A DNA stretch of 15,136 nucleotides from Candidatus Bipolaricaulia bacterium (GTDB taxonomy: Bacteria; Bipolaricaulota; Bipolaricaulia; JBHIAT01), in the NCBI GenBank assembly GCA_046758705.1, contig JBHIAT010000083.1, positions 1-15,136 on the forward strand, written 5' to 3'. Below, in pieces: positions 8,401-15,136 of this stretch. Both the position numbers and the translations under genes were made by a program. The notes beneath the pieces are model-generated. The model did no database searches, was not told where the DNA came from, and saw only the letters and a list, made by a program, of their open reading frames with translations. The first letter of the stretch is position 1; each line of letters starts with the position of its first letter.

Positions 8401-10010
8401 CCACCACCGCCAACTTCAAGGACCTTAACTTCGAGGAGGCCCTGGAGATCCTCCTGTTCGCCACCGACTTCCAGTTTGTCAAACTCAACACCACCTACAT
8501 CATCGCCTCGTCTCAGTACATCCAGGGGCTGAGTCTGGAACCCGCAAGGGGAGCGGAAGAGGAGGGAGGGGAAGAGAAAGTTCTAAGAAGATTCCCGCTG
8601 ACCCACATCTCCCCCGAGGACGCCCGGGCACTTCTCGCCACGTTCGTGACCCTCGAGACGGCCGCGATCGATGCCCGCACGAATGCGCTGTTGATCAGGG
8701 ACACACCGTCCAAGTTGGAACAGGTCGAAGAGATTCTGAAGTCGATCGACCTACCGTCTGAGCAATCGGTGGGACCGGAAGTCATGGAACTCATACCGAC
8801 GGAACCGGGATCGAAGCTGGATATCGAGATCGATACGTCCGTTGACCCGATGTTGGTCTCGGTCAAGCTCAACGATGCCGAGCTGTCTCAGGTCCTGGCC
8901 ATCCTGGTACAGGAGTCTGGGATCAACATCTTCTTCGATCAGCAGTGCAGCGGCACGGTGACGGCCGATTTTGAGGTTATACCATTCGACGTGGCCTTGG
9001 ATCTCATCCTCAAGCCATCCGGATGCAGTTTCACCACGCAGACCTCCTCCGAGCCGACCTACATTATCTCCTCAGAGACCCGGATCAAGGAGGTCTTCCA
9101 GGAGCGCGCCACGCAGAAGTTCCCGGTCGACTTCGCCGATGCCGAGGCGCTGGCATCGGTGTTGGGTTCTGCGTTCTCCGATGCCAGCCTCACGGTTGTC
9201 CAGGCAGGGACCGGACTGTTAGTGCGGGCGACCCCGGATGAACTGGAGGAGATTGGGCAGCTGATCGTCGACCTCGATACCAAGTTGCCCGAGGTGATGA
9301 TTCAGGCTCAGATGGTCGATCTCAGCCGGAACGCCTCCCGGCAGCTGGGGTTGAACTTCACCGGGACCGATACCGGGGCTGGGGATGATCCCGTCTTCCT
9401 GGGCGAGGATCCCGCGGGAGCGGGAGGTTTAATTGACATCGGCCTCCAATTCGATTTCGCGGCCGGAGTATGGGGACTGACCACCACGATAGACCGGCTG
9501 ACCTCAGCCCTGAGAGCCCTAGAGCAGCAGGACGAGGCGTCGGTGCTCTCGAGCCCCCGGGTCGCCACCATCTCGGGCCAGCAGGCCATCATCGTCTCAG
9601 GGCAGACAATCTTCTTCAAGATCCGGGAGGAGACCGATTCGGGCATCACCGAGAGGTTCGAGTCGATCGAGGTCGGCATCCAGTTGACCATCACGCCGAT
9701 CGTGAATCCGTCGGGGTTCATCACCGTCGAGCTCACTGTCACCGAGAGCCAGCCGATCGGCGCGATCCCCGCCGAGAGCACACAACCCCCGAACACCCAG
9801 ACCCGGACGATCAATACCACGATCCGGGTTCGGGACGGGGAGACGATCGTCATCGGCGGGCTGCTGCAGAACTTCTCCGAGGAGACACTGAATAAGGTCC
9901 CGCTGCTCGGCGATATCCCGGTGCTCGGCGAGCTGTTCAAGAGCCGTAGCACCAGTCAACAGGAGCGAGAGTTGACGATCTTCATTACCCCCCGGATCCT
10001 CAACAGTTAG
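5433..10010 (+). CDS. pilQ: Giant PilQ-type outer-membrane secretin (signal peptide, 3 AMIN-like, 5 N0/STN-like and 3 Secretin_N-like domains, C-terminal secretin domain)
   Basis: ATGA overlap with pilO. Secretin motifs: EVMIQAQMVD, VLSSPRVATISGQQA, VGIQLTITP, TTIRVRDGETIVIGGL, KVPLLGDIPVLGELFKS, ELTIFITPRI. Confidence 0.93.
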   Translation: MKSLARCPHIPVSLTLFISALLLWLCLLLALSPSTLGQTVPSPIEAIQAVEMPGGVEVTIQADGKISRENLVEIRTSEARDTLIFLLNGLTMERRHLVTVPPGLILAVVAEMEDELVKLSVDLVDPVPFDVIETEAGLSILIGDVEAVRTSVLKRTARSPIEAIQVVEMPGGVEVTIQADGKISRENLVEIRTSEARDTLIFLLNGLTMERRHLVTVPPGLILAVVAEMEDELVKLSVDLVDPVPFDVVETEAGLSILIGDVEAVAEERERIRREQTRQAIAELKEARTTPQQTQITETETALQEIETPETPTTLHETQNALGDNHEEVISTAILTVATVESSEIIRTSAQEQTASSPIVAIQVVKVPRKVAITIQADGKISRENLVEIRTSEARDTLIFLLNGLTVARRHVVAVTRGSILALAAEMENGLVKLSVDLVGPVPFDVIETETGELSILIDDAEAIAEERERIRRERARQAIALAETEVDLASASLKQARANGLADDPFAEATAKIGEAQDTLQKARNAFARGDYEETIGAAILTAVSAQSSFKIARTVLTTPVPVPIVELPIPPEPGPEPELIPEETILEIVEFTDIPLHQVISTLSRATRKNIIIDDVIRDILITLSLQNVTFQEMLESIRSTHEQVDFIERTDGFFISTPERILSLQTQPQPQPEPIPEETILETVEFTDIPLHQVISTLSRATRKNIIIDDVIRDILITLSLQNVTFQEVLESIRSTHEQVDFIERTDEFFISTPERILSLQPQPQPIVVPQPEPGPEPTPDETILETVELSDMPLHQAIRTLGRVTQKNVIIDTAVQNIPITISLRNVTFREILRNIAFIYESIDFIERSDGFFISTPEKIEDLRGGVADPLSQVHVFDLRGFQPTQVRSILIFYIPELTEKHVGVIGDQLLVRGTPETLVRVDALIEDLQRRAGQPTEEGGTPFSLKVDAGGISANLREADLVSVLNQIAQQSDQNVAIAPEVNGTTTANFKDLNFEEALEILLFATDFQFVKLNTTYIIASSQYIQGLSLEPARGAEEEGGEEKVLRRFPLTHISPEDARALLATFVTLETAAIDARTNALLIRDTPSKLEQVEEILKSIDLPSEQSVGPEVMELIPTEPGSKLDIEIDTSVDPMLVSVKLNDAELSQVLAILVQESGINIFFDQQCSGTVTADFEVIPFDVALDLILKPSGCSFTTQTSSEPTYIISSETRIKEVFQERATQKFPVDFADAEALASVLGSAFSDASLTVVQAGTGLLVRATPDELEEIGQLIVDLDTKLPEVMIQAQMVDLSRNASRQLGLNFTGTDTGAGDDPVFLGEDPAGAGGLIDIGLQFDFAAGVWGLTTTIDRLTSALRALEQQDEASVLSSPRVATISGQQAIIVSGQTIFFKIREETDSGITERFESIEVGIQLTITPIVNPSGFITVELTVTESQPIGAIPAESTQPPNTQTRTINTTIRVRDGETIVIGGLLQNFSEETLNKVPLLGDIPVLGELFKSRSTSQQERELTIFITPRILNS
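5555..6223 (+). repeat. Near-identical 318-bp in-frame duplication (5555-5872 and 5906-6223; period 351 bp) of an AMIN-like domain
   Basis: Compared by eye: 5 mismatches, all transitions. Confidence 0.95.
6500..6875 (+). repeat. Third, more diverged AMIN-like copy, which also shares the downstream AEERERIRRE..RQAIA helix with copy 2
   Basis: Identical core GCCGATGGAAAGATCTCCAGGGAGAATCTC...CTCAACGGCCTCACG with diverged flanks. Confidence 0.9.
7175..7724 (+). repeat. Near-identical 262-bp in-frame duplication (7175-7436 and 7463-7724; period 288 bp) of an N0/STN-like domain
   Basis: Compared by eye: 6 mismatches. Copies are separated by a PQPQPEP linker. Confidence 0.95.
7785..8024 (+). repeat. 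Third, diverged N0/STN-like copy
   Basis: ETILETVELSDMPLHQAIRTLGRVTQKNVIID...DFIERSDGFFISTPEKI aligns with copies 1 and 2. Confidence 0.9.
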
Positions 10011-12296
10011 TTATTTGCTATCTTCCTCTGCGGTCGGGATCGGGATTCGGTGACCACAGTTCCGCTGGCTGCATCTCAGCTCATCCTTGAACGCCATCAG
10101 GACACCGGCTTGGCACTCCGGACAGATCCCAGTCGGTCTCCGGTTCACCGCGAACGTACAATCGGGGTAGCGATTACAACCGTAGAACGGCTTGCCGGTC
10201 TTCCTGGAGAACCGCTCGACGAGCTCCCCGTCCCCACAGCTAGGACAGGAGACCCCGGTGGGTAGGGGTTGTGTATGGCCACAGCTCTGATTGGTACAGG
10301 CCTGGTACCGACCATATCTTCCGTGCCGGACCTCCATGGCCGCCCCGCATTTCGGACATCGGGCCGCGGTCGATTCGAGCCGCTCCGCGTACTGCTCCAG
10401 GCGCTCCCGCACCATCACCTCTCCGGCATGGTATTCGAACCCAACATCCAACGGGAATTCCTTCTTCTCCTGACATTCCGGATAGCGGGAACATCCTAAG
10501 AAGCGATTCCCCTTCCAGTATCGAATCTCCATCGGACTCCCACACGCAGGGCAGGGTACGTCCGTCAACACCTGGAAGGCGCCGCCGTCTTCGATGTTTC
10601 GCTGAACCTGGTGGAGTTGCTTCTCGAACGGGACATAGAACGCTTGTAACAGTTGGGTCCTGGAGAACCCCCCGTCACTGATCCGGTCCAGGTTTTCCTC
10701 CATGTCGGCGGTGAAGTCGGTGCGCACGATCTCGGGGAAGAATCTTTGCAGAAAGTCGGTGACGATGAATCCCAACAGGGTGGGATGGAGGAGGCCGCGT
10801 TCCTTGTGCACATACCCGCGGTCCTGGATCGTGGAGACGATGGTGGCATAGGTGCTCGGCCGTCCGATCCCTCTCTGCTCCAGAGCCTTGATCAAGCTTG
10901 CTTCAGAGTAGCGATTCGGTGGCTCGGTAAACCGCTGGTCGAGGAGAATCTCCCGCAGTTCCAACCGATCCCCCACGGCGAGTTCGGGAATCTCCACCCC
11001 TTCGTCGCGCAGCGGTTTGAGCTTCAGCACCTTCAAGAAGCCGGCGAAGATCTGGATGGACCCTGAGATCTGGAAGGTATAATCCCCTGCCGCGATCACC
11101 AACTTCCGCTGCCGGTACCGGGCCTCGGCCATCTGAGTGGCCACAAATCGTTCCCAGATGAGCTTGTAGAGTTTATACTGATCCCCAGTGAGGTACTGCT
11201 GAACCCGATCTGGAGTCCGCCCCACCTCCGTCGCTCGGATGGCTTCATGTGCATCCTGTGCCGTCTTCTTATTTCTGAAGATCCGAGGCTCGGGAGCGAG
11301 GTGGTCCTCTCCCCAACGGTCCGTAATATAGCTTCGCAATTCCTCCTGGGCCCTCTCCGCCACTCGGGTGGAATCGGTCCGCATATAGGTGATCAATCCC
11401 ACCGTCTCCCGATCGAGTTCGATCCCCTCGTAGAGCTGTTGGGCGATCCGCATCGTCCGCTTCGGGGAGAACCGCAGGATCGAGGACGCCGCTCGCTGGA
11501 GGGTGCTGGTGATGAACGGAGGCGGTGGTGTCCGAGTCCGGTCACGCGCTTCGACGTGTGCCACAGCGAACGTCTCGTTTGCCACCGCTCGCTCGATCCG
11601 CCTCGCCGCCTTCTCGGTCTCGATGCTCAGCCGCTCGCCCCGATACGCCTTGAGCTGCGCCACGAACTCCGACCCCCCTGAGTCAGGGGCAAGCCGAGCG
11701 GCGATCTCCCAGTACTCCTCTGGCTGGAACGCCTGGATCTCGCTCTCCCGGTCGCAGATGAACCGGAGTGCAACCGATTGCACCCGGCCAGCGCTCAGTC
11801 CCGCATACTTACTCCCGCTCACCGACTTGGAGAGCAGCGGGCTGATCTGGTAACCCACCAACCGGTCCAGGATGCGCCGAGCCCGCTGTGCCTCGACCTT
11901 GTTCGTGTCGATCTCCACCGGATGCCCGATCGCCTTCAGGATGACATCCCGGGTGATCTCGTTGAAGATGACCCGTCGGAAGGGAAGGTTTCCGTCCCTT
12001 CCCTTCAGCACCTCGTAGAGATCGTAGGCGATCGCCTCTCCCTCGCGATCGTTGTCGGTCGCCAGATAGATCGCCTCCGCCCCCTTCGCCTCGTCGCGCA
12101 ACTCCTTGATCAGTTTTCTGTTCCTAAGAAGGAGGCGCGGGGTAAAATCGTGCTCGATATCGACCCCGAGTTCCTTCTTGGGCAGATCACGCACGTGTCC
12201 TTTGGAAGAGAGCGCTTTAAAGCCCCGGCCTAGATATCTTCCGATGGTGTTCGCTTTGGTTGGGGACTCGACGATAACCAACCGCTTCCCGCTCAT
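10011..12296 (-). CDS. topA: DNA topoisomerase I (type IA) with four C-terminal C4 zinc ribbons
   Basis: TOPRIM LVIVESPTKA, GHVRDLP, ATDNDREGEAI, SAGRVQS, catalytic GLITYMRTDS, QDAHEAIR, GIGRPSTY; ribbons CPAC, CPKC, CPSC, CPEC. ATG 12296 is preferred because GGAGG lies 5 nt upstream. Confidence 0.97.
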   Translation of the reverse strand: MSGKRLVIVESPTKANTIGRYLGRGFKALSSKGHVRDLPKKELGVDIEHDFTPRLLLRNRKLIKELRDEAKGAEAIYLATDNDREGEAIAYDLYEVLKGRDGNLPFRRVIFNEITRDVILKAIGHPVEIDTNKVEAQRARRILDRLVGYQISPLLSKSVSGSKYAGLSAGRVQSVALRFICDRESEIQAFQPEEYWEIAARLAPDSGGSEFVAQLKAYRGERLSIETEKAARRIERAVANETFAVAHVEARDRTRTPPPPFITSTLQRAASSILRFSPKRTMRIAQQLYEGIELDRETVGLITYMRTDSTRVAERAQEELRSYITDRWGEDHLAPEPRIFRNKKTAQDAHEAIRATEVGRTPDRVQQYLTGDQYKLYKLIWERFVATQMAEARYRQRKLVIAAGDYTFQISGSIQIFAGFLKVLKLKPLRDEGVEIPELAVGDRLELREILLDQRFTEPPNRYSEASLIKALEQRGIGRPSTYATIVSTIQDRGYVHKERGLLHPTLLGFIVTDFLQRFFPEIVRTDFTADMEENLDRISDGGFSRTQLLQAFYVPFEKQLHQVQRNIEDGGAFQVLTDVPCPACGSPMEIRYWKGNRFLGCSRYPECQEKKEFPLDVGFEYHAGEVMVRERLEQYAERLESTAARCPKCGAAMEVRHGRYGRYQACTNQSCGHTQPLPTGVSCPSCGDGELVERFSRKTGKPFYGCNRYPDCTFAVNRRPTGICPECQAGVLMAFKDELRCSQRNCGHRIPIPTAEEDSK

Positions 12297-12344
12297 CCGC
12301 ACCTCCCTTGTCTTAGTATTCCCGTGCTCTGAGTCATTTAGAAG

Positions 12345-12373
12345 AGTATAAGAGCCGTTGAAGAACCTGTCAA
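12345..12373 (-). promoter_or_regulatory. Sigma70 promoter for topA (TTGACA-17 nt-TATACT)
   Basis: The + strand reads AGTATA 12345-12350 and TGTCAA 12368-12373: near-consensus boxes with a 17-nt spacer. Confidence 0.75.
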
Positions 12374-12405
12374 GGGACGCTGTCTTGATGGCATCGGAAC
12401 TTGCT

Positions 12406-12445
12406 TTGACTCATTCTCAATAGTTATGGTATGATTGGGTATAAT
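12406..12445 (+). promoter_or_regulatory. Putative sigma70 promoter(s) for the polysaccharide genes
   Basis: TTGACT 12406-12411, 18 nt, TATGAT 12430-12435 (preceded by TGG). A second TATAAT at 12440-12445. Confidence 0.55.
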
Positions 12446-12457
12446 AGATACAATCAC

Positions 12458-13777
12458 ATGGAAGAGTACGAAGTCTCTTTGCGAGAGTATATCGAGGTCC
12501 TCTGGCAGAAGAAGTGGATCATCCTGATCGTCCTGGTCGCCGCGGTGGCGACCGCCGCCGTCTTCTCCTCCAGAGCCCCGGAGCAGTACGAGACGCAGAC
12601 GAAGCTGTTGATCAGCCCCCGGATCGCTGAGCAGTTGACCGACGACCAGGAGAATCCGCTCCCTCCGATCCTCGGGGCTTTCTCAGCGGGAACTTATCGC
12701 AGCCTGGCGATGGCAAGTGATCTGCTCCAGGAGATCATTACCTCCCTGGATCTGAGAGGCAACCCGGATGGGAAGCTCTGGTCGGTCGAGCAACTCGTCG
12801 GGATGATGGACCCCAGGGTCGAGGAGACCAACCAGAGACGGGAGGCGAGGTCTCTGCCGCTGTTGACGATGGTCGTCCGCGGCGGGGATCCGAAGATGAT
12901 CCAGCGGATTGCCGACAAATGGGCAGCGCTGTTCATCGCAAAGAACACGGAACTGCTCTCGACGGCTTCGACTCAATCGTTCCAGTTCATCGAGGATCAA
13001 TACCAAAAGACGAGTCAGGCGCTCCAGACGAAAGAGGAGGAGAGGAAGCGGTCTCAGGTAGGGGGCTCGCTGGAGACCCTGGAGAGCGAGTTCAGGGTGC
13101 TACGAATTCAATACGAAAGTTCTCTTGTCCAACTCCTCAGCAACCGGTTGAAGTTGGTCGAGAAGGAGGCAGAGGTCCAAAACCTGGAACAGGAACTCGA
13201 GACGGAGCCCGAGTTCCTGAGTTTCGAACGTGCGGTCCCAAACGAGGTGATCTGGAGCCTGCTGAGGGAAAACCCCGACGTGAGCCAGCTCAATGCGCTG
13301 GCGGATCTGGTCCTGATCGACCAGGAGCGGAACGAGATCTTCTTCTCACTGCGGGAGCAGTTGGTACAGGCGCGGATCACCGTCAACATCCTGAAAAGTG
13401 AGATCGCTTATCTGGAGGATCAGACCGTAGCGGTTCGTGATATGATCGATGAGCAGGCGGACGGAATCACAGAAACCCGGCTCACGCTGGATCAGCTCGA
13501 CCGGGAGATCTCCGCGTTGAAGAGCACGTTCTCCCTGCTGTCGACCAAACTGCAAGAGGCGCGGATCGCTAAGGAAGAGCAACTCAACACAATCCGTGTC
13601 GTCGAGGCAGCGATTGTCCCGCAAGTCCCGATCGGGTCTAATCAACGACTGAATGTGCTGATCGCCGGTGTGCTGGGACTGTTCCTCGGTGTCCTGCTTG
13701 CCTTCTTCACCCACTATATGGAGGCCCCGAAGGACGTCGCCGCTGATCCCGATTCCAAAGAGGCGACCAAAGAGTGA
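12458..13777 (+). CDS. Polysaccharide co-polymerase / chain-length determinant (Wzz/GumC/Wzc-N type, no kinase domain)
   Basis: EVSLREYIEVLWQKKWII + TM1 + PEQYE....LLI; long coiled coil; C-terminal IRVVEAAIVPQVP + TM2 (IAGVLGLFLGVLLAF). Start 12458 is chosen by alignment with the paralog's start. Confidence 0.88.
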   Translation: MEEYEVSLREYIEVLWQKKWIILIVLVAAVATAAVFSSRAPEQYETQTKLLISPRIAEQLTDDQENPLPPILGAFSAGTYRSLAMASDLLQEIITSLDLRGNPDGKLWSVEQLVGMMDPRVEETNQRREARSLPLLTMVVRGGDPKMIQRIADKWAALFIAKNTELLSTASTQSFQFIEDQYQKTSQALQTKEEERKRSQVGGSLETLESEFRVLRIQYESSLVQLLSNRLKLVEKEAEVQNLEQELETEPEFLSFERAVPNEVIWSLLRENPDVSQLNALADLVLIDQERNEIFFSLREQLVQARITVNILKSEIAYLEDQTVAVRDMIDEQADGITETRLTLDQLDREISALKSTFSLLSTKLQEARIAKEEQLNTIRVVEAAIVPQVPIGSNQRLNVLIAGVLGLFLGVLLAFFTHYMEAPKDVAADPDSKEATKE

Positions 13778-13781
13778 CGGC

Positions 13782-13810
13782 TTGACCGGGTGGAGAACGA
13801 GGATCATAAT
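13782..13810 (+). promoter_or_regulatory. Putative internal promoter for the second co-polymerase (TTGACC-17 nt-CATAAT)
   Basis: TTGACC 13782-13787 and CATAAT 13805-13810 in the 54-bp gap. Confidence 0.5.
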
Positions 13811-13831
13811 TTGTAGAACGGGGTAAGAGCA

Positions 13832-15136
13832 GTGGAAGAGAATGAAGTCCCTTTGCGAGAATATATCGAGATCCTCTGGAAGGGGAAGTGGATCATCCTG
13901 ATCGCCCTGGTCGCCACGGTGGTGAGCGCCGCCCTCTTCTCCGCTAGACTCCCGGAGCAGTACGAGACGCGGACAAAGCTGCTGATCACCCCCCCGATTG
14001 CTGAGCGGTTGACGACGACCGGGGAAGAGGGAAATCTCTCCTCCAGTGCCAGTACCAGGGAAGGAACATTCTCGGTTGAGACCTACCGAAGTTTGGCCAC
14101 GGCCAACGATCTGCTCCAGCAGATCATCGACGCCCTCCATCTCACCAGGGGGAACCCTGATGGGGAGAAACTGCCCGTGGAATCCCTGGCACGGATGATG
14201 AGCTCCAGCGTCGAGATGGCCGAGGGGGGAAGGGAAGCGAGACCCCTACCGCTGTTGACGATGGTCGTCCGCGGTAAAGATCCTGAGCGGATCAGGCAAA
14301 TCGCTGATAACTGGGCAGCGCTGTTCATAGAAAGGAACGTGGAACTGCTCACCGCTGAGTCAACCCTGTCCTTCGACTTCATTGAGACCCAATACCACAA
14401 CAACCAGGGGGCTCTCGAGGCGAAGGAGGATGAACGGGAACGCTACAAGGCGGAGAACCCTCTCGATATTCTGAAGGACGAGCTGGGGGTCAACCGGACC
14501 AAGCTGAAGGGTTATCGCATCAGTCTCGCTGACACGACCACCCAACTCGCGCTGAACCAGGGGGAGCTTGCTCAACTCCTACGACAGATCGACGAGCTGA
14601 GCATCGCGGGACGATGGGCGGGGTTGTGGTTGAACGATGGCGAGGAACTGACGTTGCTACCTGAGGAGAGCCTGGCACAGCGATCTTTGAACCAGGCCAA
14701 GATCCAGTTCTTCCAGGCCCAGGAGGCGAGCCAACAGTTCCAGATCCAAAGCGACCTCACTCAGCTCAAACAGCAACTCCAGATCCAGCGTGACAAGCTC
14801 TCCAGTGCCCGTTCCCAGCTCCAGGACACCACCACCCAACTCAACCAGCAGCAAAAGCTCTTCGATACCTACCAGGGCCAACTGGCCGAACTCACCCAGA
14901 ACGATCGCTGGATTGGCATCATCGCCGTCGGTGACGTCGAGTCCCAACAGCAGGAACTCACCTCGTTCCTCCAAAATGAGATCGCCTTAGCCAAAACGCA
15001 ACTTCAGGAGGCCGAGCAGCAACTGCGCACCTTCCAGCGCGACAGCGGCCTCACCCAGCTCAAACAACAACTCCAGATCCAGCGTGACAAGCTCGCCAGC
15101 GCCCGCTCCCAGCTCCAGGACACCACCACCCAGCTC
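13832..15136 (+). CDS. Second Wzz/GumC-type co-polymerase paralog with expanded coiled-coil repeats (3' truncated by window)
   Basis: GTG start; my translation (M)EENEVPLREYIEILWKGKWIILIALVATVVSAALFSARLPEQYETRTKLLI... stays open for 435 codons to the window end. Clearly paralogous to 12458-13777. Missing from the ORF track. Confidence 0.88.
   Translation, partial: MEENEVPLREYIEILWKGKWIILIALVATVVSAALFSARLPEQYETRTKLLITPPIAERLTTTGEEGNLSSSASTREGTFSVETYRSLATANDLLQQIIDALHLTRGNPDGEKLPVESLARMMSSSVEMAEGGREARPLPLLTMVVRGKDPERIRQIADNWAALFIERNVELLTAESTLSFDFIETQYHNNQGALEAKEDERERYKAENPLDILKDELGVNRTKLKGYRISLADTTTQLALNQGELAQLLRQIDELSIAGRWAGLWLNDGEELTLLPEESLAQRSLNQAKIQFFQAQEASQQFQIQSDLTQLKQQLQIQRDKLSSARSQLQDTTTQLNQQQKLFDTYQGQLAELTQNDRWIGIIAVGDVESQQQELTSFLQNEIALAKTQLQEAEQQLRTFQRDSGLTQLKQQLQIQRDKLASARSQLQDTTTQL
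14402..15136 (+). repeat. 294-bp (98-aa) tandem repeat: units start at 14402, 14696 and 14990 (last is partial)
   Basis: DTTTQL codons at 14531, 14825 and 15119 (exactly 294 apart). 14755-14842 and 15049-15136 are nearly identical in DNA. Confidence 0.88.

Noticed and set aside
2-10010. Calling the cluster a type II secretion system
   Set aside because: An actin-like PilM with PilN/PilO and AMIN-like domains on the secretin fit T4aP better. A secretion or DNA-uptake role cannot be excluded from this window.
10050-12351. Multiple short ORFs overlapping topA
   Set aside because: Shadow ORFs of a clearly conserved gene.
12431-12457. ORF-track start at 12431 for the first co-polymerase
   Set aside because: Lies inside promoter-like boxes; the paralog's N-terminus aligns with ATG 12458.
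13346-14990. Antisense and alternate-frame ORFs over the second co-polymerase
   Set aside because: The real gene is the open + frame from 13832, omitted from the track because it has no stop within the window.

Overview
Chromosomal window from a bacterium that is probably diderm (it encodes a secretin), with three parts. (1) A type IV pilus (T4aP-like) cluster on the + strand: the 3' end of a PilB/GspE ATPase, a small tandem-domain unknown protein, three prepilin-like minor pilins (FimT/PilV/PilW-like), pilM, pilN, an apparent PilO-PilP fusion, and a 1525-aa PilQ secretin. The secretin's periplasmic part is built from recently duplicated AMIN-like and N0/STN-like modules. (2) topA on the - strand, abutting pilQ stop-to-stop with no gap. 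(3) Divergent from topA, two tandem paralogous Wzz/GumC-type polysaccharide co-polymerases. The second is absent from the ORF track, runs off the window end and carries a 98-aa tandem coiled-coil repeat. The most notable signal is that two unrelated periplasm-spanning machines have both been lengthened by in-frame module duplication, which may indicate an unusually wide or changing cell envelope. No mobile element, CRISPR array or RNA gene was seen. All family assignments come from motif recognition by eye, not from database searches.
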